This document shows positions 1-13,181 of a stretch of 64,000 bases of DNA, piece by piece (the first letter of the stretch is position 1; every line of letters starts with the position of its first letter). The notes below the pieces were generated by a model. That model was not told the origin of the DNA and ran no database searches. It worked only from the letters and a program-made list of their open reading frames with translations. The position numbers and the translations under genes are program-made. Source of the stretch: Octopus sinensis (taxonomy: Eukaryota); the NCBI RefSeq assembly GCF_006345805.1, contig NC_043019.1, positions 12,461,360-12,525,359 of the forward strand. The letters run 5' to 3'.

Positions 1-260
1 CGTGCGAAGCGACTTGGGGCTAGTAAAAACAGCAGACGATAGCAGTATTTTTGTCGAAAAAAAGGACAAAAAGGTCAAAAGAGCCAATTTTTTTCTGGAA
101 GGATCTCTTAGGAGATCTTCGGAAAAGCAAAGGCACCGTTTTTGACAACATTGTTCGAAATAAACAGCAATTTCGACAATGTAAACAATGAGAGACCTTT
201 CGTCAGCGAAGCAACGGACGAGGTGAGTATGTAGCGTAGACTCGGTTGTAATTCCTCTCT

Positions 261-863
261 TAAGGCGGTGAGCTGGCAGAATCGTTAGCACGCCGGGCGA
301 AATGCGTAGCCGTATTTCGTCTGCCGTTACGTTCTGAGTTCAAATTCCGCCGAGGTCGACTTTGCCTTTCGTCCTTTCGGGGTCGATAAATTAAGGACCA
401 GTTACGCACTGGGGTCGATGTAATCGACTTAATCCGTTTGTCTGTCCTTGTTTGTCCGCTCTGTGTTTAGCCCCTTGTGGGTAGTAAAGAAATAGGTATT
501 TCGTCTGTCGTTACGCTCTGAGTTCAAATTATTCCGAGGTCGACTTTGCCTTTCGTCCTTTCGGGGTCGATAAATTAAGGACCAGTTACGCACTGGGGTC
601 GCTATAATCGACTTAATCCGTTTGTCTGTCCTTGTTTGTCCTCTCTGTGTTTAGCCCCTTGTGGGTAGTAAAGAAATAGGTATTTCGTCTGTCGTTACGC
701 TCTGAGTTCAAATTATTCCGAGGTCGACTTTGCCTTTCGTCCTTTCGGGGTCGATAAATTAAGGACCAGTTTCGCACTGGGGTCGCTATAATCGACTTAA
801 TCCGTTTGTCTGTCCTTGTTTGTCCCCTCTGTGTTTAGCCCCTTGTGGATAGTAATAAAAAAG
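261..863 (+). mobile_element. Head-to-tail trimer of a tRNA-derived SINE (family with central GTCGACTTTGCCTTTC(A/G)TCCTTTCGGGGTCGATAAA, Deu/Nin-like domain)
   Basis: Three copies of about 190 bp; the same family recurs more than 20 times in the window. Confidence 0.75.
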
Positions 864-868
864 AGATA

Positions 869-1085
869 CGTTTCTGCCAGCTCGCTCGCTTGTTTTAGTC
901 TTCTGTCGACCAAACCCACTCACAAAGCTATCCACAAGGGGCTAAACACAGAGGGGACAAACAAGGACAGACAAACGGATGAAGTCGATTACTTCGACCC
1001 CAGTGCGTAACTGGTCCTTAATTTATCGACCCCGAAAAGATGAAAGGCAAAGTCGACCTCGGCGGAATTTGAACTCAGAGTAAGT
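869..1085 (-). mobile_element. Inverted copy of the same SINE
   Basis: Reverse complement of the trimer unit, directly adjacent. Confidence 0.7.
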
Positions 1086-1419
1086 CGACTCGGAGCTATA
1101 GCAGAAAACACCTGTCCAATGTGCTATACAGTAGGTCCGAACCCAGAACAATGCGGTTAGGAAGCAAACTTCTTACCACACAGCCGTAATCAGACGAGTT
1201 ATTATTGTGCATACATTGTACACACATTTTGCATAGTTGCACAACATGATTACGTATACAAGTTTGTAAATTGGGACTAGCGAATGGAAAGATAAACAAA
1301 CCAAGTTTGTCTGGTGGAATTGGTTTGTGAGTCACAAAGTTTGCTTTGCAAAGCAACAGGTTAAAGTTTAAATAACTCTACCATTTTACCATGAATTAAA
1401 ACACCACCCATTTTATCTT

Positions 1420-2070
1420 CTCTCTCGCTTTTTACATTTTTCCTCTCCCTCCCTGTCTCTCCTCTCCCTCTCTGTATCTCCGCCTTTGCTTCTGTCTCTT
1501 TTCACTGTCTCTCTACTCTCTCCCTTCCTCTTCTCTCTTTCTTTGCTCATTCTCTAACTTCTCTCTGTGTCTCTTTCTTTCTCTCTGTCTCTCTGTCTTT
1601 CTGTCTCCTTCTCTCTATCCTCCACCTCCACACCTCTCTGTCTCTCCTCCCCTCTGTCACTCTTTGTTTCTCTCTCTCCTTCTCTTTCTCCGCTCTCTCT
1701 CTCTCTGTTCTGTCTCTCCTCCCCCTCTGTCACTCTTTGCCTCTCTCTCTCTTTCTCTTTCTCTCTTCTCTCTCTCCCCACCCTCTTCTCTCTTCATTCA
1801 CTCTTTCCCTGCCCGTCTCTTTCTCTCTGCACTCTCTCTTTTTTCTCCACTCTCTTTCTCACTTCCCGTTTCGTCTCCTCTCTCTCTTCCCTCTCTAACA
1901 CCCTCTCTCTATCACTCTCTCCCTCCCCTCCTCACACTCTCTCTCTATCACTCTCTTCCTCCCCTCTCTCCATCTCTCCTCTCTCGTCTTTGTTTCGCTC
2001 TCTTCTCTCCTCTCTCTACTTCTCTCTTTCCTCTTCTTCACTTTTCCTCCCTGTCCGTCTCTCACTTTCA

Positions 2071-2113
<43 letters not shown>

Positions 2114-2160
2114 CTCCACTCTTACGCTCTATCTCACCACCACCACCACCACCGACACTA
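1420..2160. repeat. (CT)-rich pyrimidine tract
   Basis: Degenerate CT/CTCT repeats. Confidence 0.9.
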
Positions 2161-2489
2161 TTTCCTTCTTAAATTCTTGTAACTTTGAGAAAACGGGAAC
2201 CGTTTTGTTGCAATGGTCATGTCATCCATTTTGTATACATCAACACGTGACTGATAAGTGAAGTACGTTGCTTCTGTTTATGTGAGTGTGGGATAGGTAT
2301 GTGTTTATGTGTGTGTGTGTGTGCGTGTGTGCGTGCCGATACGTGCTTGTGAGTGTGCGTGTTTTTGCTTCGTGTGTATGAATTTGTGAATTTGAGTGAA
2401 TTTCTATCTATCTATCTTCAATCGGATGGAGGATGCCCGAGATCTGAGAAGACTCACACGCGCGCGCGCGCGGAACGGATTTTATATAA

Positions 2490-2882
2490 GATATATATAT
2501 ATATATATATATATAATATGTATGCATGTATGTATGCATGCATGCATGTATGTATGTATGCATGTACGTATGTATGCATGCATGTATGTATGTATATATC
2601 TATATATGTATGTATGTATGTATGTATGTCTGCATACATGCATGTATGTATGTATGTATGTATGTATGTATGTATGTATGTATGTATGGATGTATCTAAG
2701 TATGTATGTATGTATGTATGCATGTATGCATGCATGTATGTGTGTATGTATGTATGCATGTATATATGTATATATGTATGTATGTGTGTGTATGTATGTA
2801 TGTATGTATGTATGTATGTGTGTGTGTATGTATGTATATATGTATATATGTATGCATGTGTGTATATATGTATGTATGTGTG

Positions 2883-2916
<34 letters not shown>

Positions 2917-3050
2917 TGTATGCATGCATGCATGTATGTATATATGTGTATATGTATGTATGTGTATATATATATATATATGTATGTATGTATATATGTG
3001 TGTATATATGTATGTATGTGTGTATATATGTATGTATGTATTTATTTATC
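2490..3050. repeat. (TA)n/(TATG)n compound microsatellite
   Basis: Seen directly in the sequence. Confidence 0.95.
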
Positions 3051-3752
3051 ATGCATGTATTCGACGGTCTTCTTTCAGTTTCCGTCGACCAAATCCACTC
3101 ACAAGGCTTTGGTCGGCTCGAGGCTATAGTAGAAGACACTTGCCCAAGGTGCCACGCAGTGGGACTGAACTCGGAACCATGTGGTTGGGAAGCAAGCTTC
3201 TTACCGCACAGCCACTCCTGCGCCTATACTATTTTCGCATCTACCCATATGTTTGGCCTATGTCTTGCCGACTTGTCATTGACATATACTTCTTCTGATA
3301 GGAATGAGTCAGCAGATGTTGCGTATAGTATTACCAATATCTGGTAGGCCACACCCCAGAAAAACGCGAGAAGGAAAACAGAATTTGGATCCCAAGAGAA
3401 AAATCATGTTTAAAGACTAAATAAATACATACATCACGTTATCATCGTCATCATCGCCGTCGTCATCGTCCTAGTTTTAACGTCCACTTTTCTATGCCCG
3501 CATGCGTCGGACGAAATTTGTTGAAGCGGATTTATTTTTATCGCCGAGTCCCCTTGCTAATCACCAATCTTCTCTCTATTCTGAGTAAGATAATATTTCC
3601 TCATCACCGTACAAGTCTCCACAGAACATTTGAAACAAAACGAAGGCCACCGCTTACATAACGGTTACACCAAAGAGGAAGAATTAATTTGATGCTATTT
3701 ATATTATTCCTCACGAAGCTAGGCCAAGTTAAACAAAGGATATATCCTCTGG

Positions 3753-3943
3753 TACAAACAAAGTGTATTTCAAAGGGCCGGCCTTGTCACTCTCTGTGTC
3801 ACGCTGAATATCCCCGAGAACTACGTTAAGTGTGCACGTGTCTGTGGAGTGCTCAGCCACTTACACGTTAATTCACGAGCAGGCTGTTCTGTTGATCGGA
3901 TCAACCGGAACCCTCGTCGTCGCAACCGACGGAGTGCTTCCAC
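3753..3943 (+). mobile_element. 5'-truncated SINE with RTE-like tail
   Basis: 11-bp TSD ATATCCTCTGG (3742-3752 and 3944-3954); matches the 3' half of 4136-4515. Confidence 0.75.
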
Positions 3944-4135
3944 ATATCCTCTGGATCAGGTTTTGATCCACGAATGACTCGTAAAGGACTAAGAGTTCAG
4001 CTTATTCTCATAAACTACCAAGTGCCACAGGTGAGAATAATAGGCCAAGGACTTGAAGGGAAATGTGCATTCGAATTCGAATTCTAGCTCAGAAAGTCGG
4101 TAGTTATCCGCCATACATACAGCTAAGTTTAGTCA

Positions 4136-4515
4136 GTGGAGGCGCAATGGCCCAGTGGTTAGGGCAGCGGACTCGCGGTCATAGGATCGCGGTTTCGATT
4201 CCCAGACCGGGCGTTGTGAGTGTTTATTGAGCGAAAACACCCAAAGCTCCACGAGGCTCCGGCAGGGGATGGTGGTGATCCCTGCTGTACTCTTTCACCA
4301 CAACTTTCTCTCACTCTTGCTTCCTTGTTGTACCTGTATTTCAAAGGGCCGGCCTTGTCACTCTCTGTGTCACGCTGAATATCCCCGAGAACTACGTTAA
4401 GGGTACACGTGTCTGTGGAGTGCTCAGCCACTTACACGTTAATTTCACGAGCAGGCTGTTCCGTTGATTCGGATCAACCGGAACCCTCATCGTCGTAACC
4501 GACGGAGTGCTTCCA
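4136..4515 (+). mobile_element. Full-length tRNA-derived SINE with RTE-like tail
   Basis: A box TGGCCCAGTGG, B box GGTTTCGATTCCC; 12-bp TSD TAAGTTTAGTCA. Confidence 0.85.
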
Positions 4516-5334
4516 TAAGTTTAGTCAACCTTCATATTAAAGTATTTGAGAAGTTAGTGCCGCTAAAAGATAACAAATAAGCGATTTCCTGGAAGACAAC
4601 ACAATTTCGAAACGATATGTTTTTTTCATATAGTAGAGACAGTTCCACAGCAGCTTCTATAGCATTTTCATTTTTTATCCGTTACTTGTTTCAGTCATTA
4701 GACTGTGGCCATGCTGGGGCATCGGCTTTTAGGTTTTCGTTTGTTTTTAGAGAAACAAACACATACCTGCACTTTATTTTATAATTTTTTTTTTTTTTGA
4801 AAGTTTGGTACTTATTATTTCGTTCTCTTTTGCGGAAACCGCTAAGTTACGAGAACGTAAACAAACCAACGCCGGTTGTCAAGCGGTTTGGGAACATACA
4901 CAAACACAAAGATACACGCGCACATACACGAGAGTGCACACGCACGCACACACACACACACACACAAACTACTCTCCACACAAAAACACTTGGGTATCCT
5001 CTTACGCATGCGTATCTTGAACGACCAAAGAAAAAATTGAAGTCCTTGATGCAAAAACACACACACACACACACACACACATACACACACAGAGACGAAG
5101 ACACAAACACTCTAAGGCATGCCCACACACACACATATCTTGAATGACCGACACCCTTGATACACACACATACATACATACACACATACATACATACACA
5201 CATACACACATACATACCTACACACCGACATACATACATACATACATTCATACATACACACATACATACATACATACATACATACATACATACATACATA
5301 CATACCTACATACAAACATACATACATGCATACA

Positions 5335-5366
<32 letters not shown>

Positions 5367-5559
5367 CACATACATACATACAGACATACATTCATACACA
5401 CCGACATAAACACACTCTTGAACATGCATACACACACATACAAGCATACAGATGTCTTAATTGAACAAGGGACAGACTAGAGCCCTTGACCCGTGGCTAC
5501 TCTGAGGAGCGTCTGTTACGGTGATTAGTGAAAGGAAACACTTAGAGTGGCAGAAGTGG

Positions 5560-5697
5560 TGCTTATAGTAGCAGCAGCAACAGCAGTGATGGCGGTGGTA
5601 ATAGTATAGCGATGGTGATGATGGTCGTAGAGCATGTAGTAGTAGCAGTGGTGGTGGTGGTGGTGGAGGCGGGAGTAGTAGTAGTAGTAGTAGTAGC

Positions 5698-5742
<45 letters not shown>

Positions 5743-6038
5743 AGTGGTCATGGTGGTAGTAGTAGTAGTAGTAGTGGTAGTAGTAGCAGCAGTAGTGGCG
5801 GTGGTGGTCATAGTAGTAGTGATGGTGGTGATGGTCGTGGTACAAGTGGTAATAGCAGTGGTGGTGATGGTGGTGGCGTGATAGTGGTGGTGGCGGTGGC
5901 TGTAATTGTAGTAGTAGTAGTAGTAGCGGTGGCAGTGGTGGTAGTTTTAGTAGCAGTAGCAGTGGTAGTCGTTGTCGTCGTCGTCGTCGTCGTCGTCGTA
6001 GTAGTAGTAGTAGTAGTAGTAGTAGTAACAGCAGCAGC

Positions 6039-6079
<41 letters not shown>

Positions 6080-6133
6080 CGGTGGCAGTGGTGGTAGTTT
6101 TAGTAGTAGTAGTAGCAGTGGTAGTCGTCGTCT

Positions 6134-6178
<45 letters not shown>

Positions 6179-6213
6179 CAGCAGCAGCAGTAGTAGTAGT
6201 AGTAATAGTAGTC

Positions 6214-6250
<37 letters not shown>
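5560..6250. repeat. Compound triplet array (TAG/TGG/CAG/TCG)n
   Basis: Seen directly in the sequence. Confidence 0.95.
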
Positions 6251-6841
6251 AATGTTGCCCGTCATATGACTGGTAATTTTGAAAGTATATTTTCATTACC
6301 GTCTGATTTGATTCTTTGATTAGATTTGATGGTAGTCTCTCTCTTTTACCCCGAGAAAAACGGAAAACGGTTCCACAATTCTTTGCTGAACAATTCCAGG
6401 AATTGGAAGGACGATCTGGCGATCGCGAGTGCAACACCCTTAACCAATAGGCCTTGCCCTCCTCCTAGGTAATGTATAAAGGAAAATGTGACATTCATCT
6501 AATGATTAAATTTAACTTTTAATCAAATTTCTTGGTGCTTAAACGAAAGATGGGATAAATACAAATCTTTAAAAGTAGAATATTTATAGTCTTAAAATTA
6601 AATAAAAAAGAAATTTCTGATTTTACATCAATGAATTGCGTGTTATGAGCATAGATTGTCTGAAGGGACGAGTGTTCTCTGACGACGGAAAACAACAACG
6701 ATCAGGCATTCTCACTGAAACGTATTAAGAATGAAGAAAATGCGTTATTGGTAAGATTCTCGCTGTTCCGTGTTCAGTTCACATGAATTATTATAATAGT
6801 GTTTTCTTCTATTCATGTATGTGCACTTGCGCACGCGTATG

Positions 6842-6882
<41 letters not shown>

Positions 6883-7131
6883 AGAGAGAGAAGGAGACAG
6901 AAAAGGAGAGAAAGAATGAGAGAGAAGGGAGGGAGGGAGAGAGGAAGAGAGAGAGAGAAAGGAAGAGAGGGAGAGAGAAGGATATGACTAAAAATGTTGC
7001 CACTTCCAAAAGCAAAGAAAAAAAAAGGAAGATAATTTTCGATAATGATACAGAATGGCATACAAGCATTTGGAAATTCTCACAGGAAAAATTATCGGTG
7101 GTGGTGGTGATGATGATGATGACGATGATGG

Positions 7132-7164
<33 letters not shown>

Positions 7165-7301
7165 CGATGTTATCGTTGTTTTTGTTGTTGGTGGTTATGG
7201 TTGATGTTATTGATGATGGTTAGTAGAAGATGCGGTGGTGATGAGTCAGAAACAAACTCACCCCATTCGTCCACCACCACCACCACCACCACCACCACAG
7301 C

Positions 7302-7339
<38 letters not shown>

Positions 7340-7535
7340 CGGCAATAACAGCAACAAAAATAGAGTTTTTAACGGCAGTGGCGGCGGCGCGGCGCGGCGC
7401 GGCGTAGAAGAAGCGATCTGCTTATTGACCGTCGTTGCGAAACTCACTCGGTTTAGAAGCTGTAACTGTTTGCTCGTACAAGAGTGAATGGCAGGTCACG
7501 GTAGTTTTCAATGTCAAGGTCAAACAATAGCGTGA

Positions 7536-7572
<37 letters not shown>

Positions 7573-7659
7573 ACGCACGCACACAAACTCACACACAAAC
7601 ACACCCACGCGCGCAAATCCAAACGCACACACACACAAAATATCATTTTAGTCGTACAG

Positions 7660-8645
7660 ATTAAAACATTATTATTTTTCATCACATTGGCTTGATAGTT
7701 CCGGGTCAATAAGCTCTGATCTTGGACAGCCAAGATAAAGCCCGGGTCAATAAGCTCTGATCTTGGACAGCCAAGATAAAGCCCGGGTCAATAAGCTCTG
7801 ATCTGGACAGCCAAGATAAAGCCCGGGTCAATAAGCTCTGATCTTGGACAGCCAAGATAAGCCCGGGTCATAAGCTCTGATCTTGGACAGCCAAGATAAA
7901 GCCCGGTTCAATAAGCTCTGATCTTGGACAGCCAAGATAAAGCCCGGGTCAATAAGCTCTGATCTTGGACAGCCAAGATAAAGCCCGGGTCAATAAGCTC
8001 TGATCTTGGACAGCCAAGATAAAGCCCGGGTCAATAAGCTCTGATCTTGGACAGCCAAGATAAAGCCCGGGTCAATAAGCTCTGATCTTGGACAGCCAAG
8101 ATAAAGCCCGGGTCAATAAGCTCTGATCTTGGACAGCCAAGATAAAGCCTTCACTCTCTGCCTTTAGCCCTGAGCTCTGTAGCCACTGATGGTTCTGCTT
8201 TTGGTCTACATCAGCTTGTTTCCTACGGGCCAAATATTTGCCTTGCAGAGGTTTTTGTTCCCACCTATCAGCCAATTGTTCAAACGCATTTTGCTTTGCT
8301 ATTGATTTCACCTTCTTTGCAACTAAATTTACTGCACTTCCACCATGCTGTTCAACCTGGGTATTATGCATGAAAATATTTTGCTCTCTCCTTCATAACA
8401 GAATGAATCTTCTTACGTCTTCCATGGTTTTTAATGAGCTTTAGCATCCAGTCGTAAGATGTTTCAAGATATTTTGCCTGTCCAATTGTGGTGGTTTTGT
8501 AGAAGATTTCAACTTGGATCAAGCCTCGACCTCCTTAAGCTCTGGGAAGGTAAAGACGATCTGCGTCTGCCTTTGGGTGGTGCATCATTTTGCAAGTCAG
8601 CAAGTTACGGATTTCCTTGTCAATCTTCTTTATTTCGCTCGAGCT
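7660..8645 (-). mobile_element. Decayed non-LTR retrotransposon fragment, R4/Dong-like (RLE-type), post-RT region
   Basis: Minus-strand peptides EIKKIDKEIRNLLT, HHPKADADRLYLPR, LQGKYL and WLQSSGLKAESEGFILAVQDQSLLTRNY. Confidence 0.75.
7701..8148. repeat. Tandem array of 11 copies of a 41-bp unit
   Basis: Unit CCGGGTCAATAAGCTCTGATCTTGGACAGCCAAGATAAAGC. Three units carry single-base deletions and one a substitution; there are no spacers. Confidence 0.95.
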
Positions 8646-9719
8646 TATTATTATTGTTGTTGTTGTTAAGATAGGATATCCAATCTTAGAAAAATGTGAT
8701 ATCTCTTGTATCCAAAGCACGCTGATGAGAATTCCGTGCAGACATGTCGGACATGATGTTCTAATGAAAAATTACAGCATTCCGAAAATCCTTCATCATG
8801 GCCAACAAGTGGAGAAATATCGTGGCAATGAAGACCTCTCCTTAGGTATAAGGCTAAGTAGGAGCAATCACTAAAATTAATTCAGTTTACGCTGGCCAAC
8901 TCAGCCGAGGCGTACAAACTAAGCAGCGAAACGCATGGGACTTTGAGATACCAGCTGATGATAGCGGAAAAGTTTCTAACATTGCGAAGAAGTGTACGTA
9001 GCTCTTTTGTACCGACGCTTATATGAGGGTGACTGTATAAATTTGTATAGATTTTAAAGGCCCAGGATGTGAGCAGCAAAATCAGGAGCACACAATGCTG
9101 GAAATCATTGCTGGAAATCACAATGCTGGAAATCCTTCCGTTATCATCAGCCGGTATCTCAGAGTCACAAGCGTTTCACTCCTTTCCATTATCTTCAGTT
9201 GGTATTTCAGGGTTACAAGTGTTTCGCTCCTTTCCCTATCATCAGCCGGTATCTCAGATTCACAAGCGTTTTGCTCCTTACTCTGTACGCTTCCTCCTGA
9301 GAGGGTCAGCGTGGGCTGAATTAGTCTTCGCACAAGGGTGTCTCTATATGTTGTCTCTTATGAACCACATACAGAAACCCTTACGCGAAGAGAGCTGGTT
9401 TTAGCTACGACGGTTAATCTCCTTGGTGGCTTTCTTCAGTTGTTTAATCCCTTATGAAATTTAACATTATGAAAAAGACACAAATGAAGATTAACAAAGA
9501 TATGTAATATGTATTAAGTTTTGTGCAGAGGTTCCCCGGAATATGGAATGGATATCGAAAGTTCTCGAAGAATAAAAACAACAGAGAAACGCTGTTGTAT
9601 TGTATAACGTAGTTGCACTGATATACGATCCCTACGGGATGGTCATTGCTGCAATGCTTTTGCTTACTCATCGAGACCGACCAGGGGCTAAACAATACAG
9701 ACAAGTCAACAACAAGCAA

Positions 9720-10575
9720 AAACAGCAACAACAACAACAACAACTACTACTACTACTACTGCTACTACTACTGCTACTACTACTACTACTATTGTCACCA
9801 GTTCTTCATTAACTCCAGGGACCAACAAAAATCCTCCAACAATCACCCCATCAATAAACCCCCACCACCGTCAGCATCACCCCCGCCTCTAACACCCGAT
9901 TACGACCTTCCATCACTACTACCATAACTACTACTCCCACGCCCAGCACCACCCTACCCACCGCCATCTCCACCTTCACCGTCGCCACTATCATCACCAC
10001 CACCATCACCACCACTATCATCACCATCACCACCACTACCATTGTCACCACCACCACCACCACCATCACCACCGCCGCCACCACTACCACCACCAGTACC
10101 ATCACTACCACCACCATCACCACCACCCTCGCACTATCATCACCACCGCCGCCATCACCACCATCACCACCACCGTCACCACCACCGTCACCGTCACCAC
10201 CACCACCACCACCACCACCACCATCACCACTATCACCACCACCACCACCACCACCGTCACCACCACCACCACCACTACCACCACCACCATCACCACCACC
10301 ACCGCCACCCTCATCACCAACACTACCACCACCATCGCCACCACCACCACCACTATCTCCGCCACCCTCATCACCACCACCGCCACCGTTGCCATGTCAC
10401 ATCAGCCACATCCGCTGAGCCATGTCAAGGCTATCAACAAATCTATTATGGCAGGAAGGAAGCTTTGTCAAAATCATGGCGTCCCTCTTTACAGAATTGG
10501 GTTCTGGTCGGTTGTTGTTGTCGTTGTTGTTGTTCATGATGATGATGATGATGTGGTCTTGTTGTTCTTGAAGCA

Positions 10576-10608
<33 letters not shown>

Positions 10609-10975
10609 TTACTATTGTTGATGATGATGATGATGTCGATGATGATGATGATGATGATGACGACGACGACGATGATTACGGTGGTGGTAGTGGATGGTGG
10701 TAGTGGTGGTGGTGATGATGGTGGTGGTGGTGATGATGGTGATGATGGTGATGATGGTGGTGGTGGTAATGGTGGTAATGATGATGATAATGGTGGTGGG
10801 GGTGGTAGTAGGGATGGTGATAATGGTGATGATGAAGATGAAGATGAAGATGATGATGATGATGATGATGAGGAGGAGGAGGAGGAGGAGGAGGAATACG
10901 CTGATGATGTAGGCACAGTTGTAGTTTTATCAATATTATTCTTGAAGTGTTGTTGTTGTTGTTGTTGTTGTTGAC
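9720..10975. repeat. Compound triplet arrays (CAA/CTA/CCA, then TGA/TGG/GAG)
   Basis: Seen directly in the sequence. Confidence 0.9.
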
Positions 10976-11322
10976 GACGACGTTAATATTCTTGTAATTG
11001 TCATTGTTCTGAGCCTCGAACAAAACAAAATATTTTGCGCCATTTCTTAACGACTCTTTACGCTTTGAGTTCAATTCCCGCCGCGATCAAATGGGCATTT
11101 TATCTATAGTTATGGTTAGTTTCGTCACCAATTGAGGTTCTTACTGAATAGGAGTAGACATTCTCTGCATGTTGTTTACGGCTAAGCAGTGGCAAATGCA
11201 GGGGTATTACCCTAGCAACACTCTTTCTAGCCGAACCGACACCAAAAAATCGGGACCAAAGTTTTTTATAATAACATCGTTATTTTATTTCCAGCAGTTT
11301 CACAGTATTACTGTTTCATATA

Positions 11323-11889
11323 TTGGGTTGTCCGGAAGGTTCAGGCCGATTTTTAAAGGAAAGAAAAAGGTCAATAAATACTTGCCATTAGATTTTTAAT
11401 CGACCAAATACGAACCATTTTGTTGCACAATGCGTCTCCATCTTCCCTTTAACTTGAAAATACCCTCTTCCCAGAATCGAGGTGGTTTCATGGCAATGAA
11501 TTCATCAAGGTATCTTTTTACGTCATCGAAGGAATTGAAATATTTTACCATTAAGACTATTCTGCAGAGACCTGAATAAGTGGAAATCCGAAGGAGCAAT
11601 ATCTGGTGAATATGGAGGGTGGGGTAACACATCCCAGCCGAGCTGCAGCAATTTTTGTCTGGTTCCCAAAGCATCAAGTGCCGAAAATGAACTTTCTTAT
11701 CTTTCACTTTAAAGGCTTACAGAATTAACACAGGTTATAGGAACATAAACCTTCTTCCACGAAAAGATAGCTTAAACTGTGCTCTAAATGGAGGTGTAGT
11801 CAAATCCTATTTTATGGACCCAACCGTGTTCTAAAATAAGTCGAAAGGTAAGCTACTATAAATCGGCACGAACTTTCCGGACAACCCAA
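11323..11889 (-). mobile_element. Internally deleted mariner transposon
   Basis: TIRs TTGGGTTGTCCGGAA...TTCCGGACAACCCAA with TA on both flanks. Frameshifted transposase C-terminus HPPYSPDIAPSDFHLFRSLQNSL and FNSFDDVKRYLDEF...GIFKLKGRWRRIVQQNGSY. Confidence 0.9.
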
Positions 11890-11966
11890 TATTATTTTTT
11901 TCGAAACTTTTGGACAACACCCACAAAAAATCCTGGATCCAACGCTGGCTAACTGTTATTCCATAT

Positions 11967-12298
11967 AAAGGCTGGTCAACCTGAGGCCCGCGAGCCACAT
12001 GCAACACGCAGACTTTTATCCTGCGACCCGCTTGATACTTTCTTGAAATGGGTTTATTTAAACAAACATTTAAATGATTTTATCAGAAATTAAAGATTGT
12101 AATGAAAAGTAAAAAAAGAAAGACAATACTGTTTTTGTAACGATAATATTTCCTGTTCAGTCAATGATCATTCATTCATTATTGTAATAATAGCATGAGA
12201 AAGCAAAATGCTTTCAATTCTGTCAGTATACAAGCGGCCCTCAAAAACCCTTCTGTGATTAAAGTGGTCCACAATGTAATTCGTATTGGCCAGGCCTG
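11967..12298. mobile_element. hAT-type non-autonomous element (MITE)
   Basis: 8-bp TSD TTCCATAT (11959-11966 and 12299-12306); imperfect TIRs AAAGGCTGGTCAA / TTGGCCAGGCCTG. Confidence 0.7.
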
Positions 12299-12981
12299 TT
12301 CCATATAAGACCATGAACGTCGTTGTTTGAAAGTATCTTTTATTTTTTATTGGCGTGTCGCTTTTTTTAATCTTTTTTTTTTTTTACTTGTTTCAGTTAG
12401 TTGACTGTGGCCATGCTGGGGTACTTTCTTGAAAAGTTTTAGTCGAACAAATCGACTCCAGGACTTTTTTTAAGCAGAATATTTATTCAATACGTCTCTT
12501 TTGCCGAACCACCAATTTACGGGGACGTAAACATACCAATACCGGTTGTCAAGTAGTGGTGAGAGGCAAACACAGAGACAAACACGAACACACACACACA
12601 TGGTGGGCTTCTTTCAGTTTCCTTCAATCAAATCCACTTACAAAGAAGACACTTGCCCAAGGTGCCACGCTGTGGGACTGAACCCGGAACCGGAACCAAG
12701 CTGATTGGCTGGTAATCAGGGTGCGTTGCTTGACTGAAGCCTTGACTGGACCCATCTATCACGGTTGCTAGGTTTCGATTCCAAGTCTCAAACTTAGACT
12801 CAAACGTCGATCACATGACCACAATAGTACCAACTATAAGCACGCATGCAGAGATGCCAGTGGACAATAATGAAGATATGTTGTGGCGAAAGTGTGGATA
12901 ATTTTTGAAATGCACTCGCCATGATAGATCGTTAGCCACTAAACCGTTTTCTATTTTCTCTCCTTGTTTAATTTTGCGTTC

Positions 12982-13017
12982 CTTTCTGTCGAAAGGCGTA
13001 GGCACGAAACGTAAAAG
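12982..13017 (+). ncRNA. Degenerate copy of the A6U hammerhead-like motif
   Basis: CTTT-CTGTCGA-A-AGGC(GTAG)GCAC-GAAA-CGT-A-AAAG; same repeat family as the 55.9-kb copy, with stem II partly broken. Confidence 0.3.
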
Positions 13018-13104
13018 ACTTTCTTCTCACTTCCCGAGCGTTAAACCAATACATCTGTTTGCTGTTACACTCTCGTCTTCGTCTTTTGTTTTTTTTGTAA
13101 ATGC

Positions 13105-13181
<77 letters not shown>

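Noticed and set aside
1554-2182. Ser/Leu-rich and Arg/Glu-rich ORFs (also 6799-7069, 38158-38923)
   Set aside because: (CT)n/(GA)n tracts.
2353-3347. Long MYVC/HTYI ORFs (also 4797-5480, 14769-16166, 30071-30747, 54763-56416)
   Set aside because: Translations of stop-free (TATG)n/(TG)n/(TA)n microsatellites.
4136-4210. tRNA gene (also other SINE heads)
   Set aside because: A/B boxes are present but there is no complete cloverleaf, and the sequence continues into a SINE body with a TSD.
5525-6437. Poly-V/T/L/H ORFs (also 9851-11074, 16138-17227, 20600-21586, 24551-24994, 41842-42844)
   Set aside because: Triplet arrays open in several frames on both strands; no domain content.
7701-8148. 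CRISPR array
   Set aside because: The hairpin repeats are directly adjacent with no spacers, derive from LINE coding sequence, and sit in eukaryotic DNA with no cas genes.
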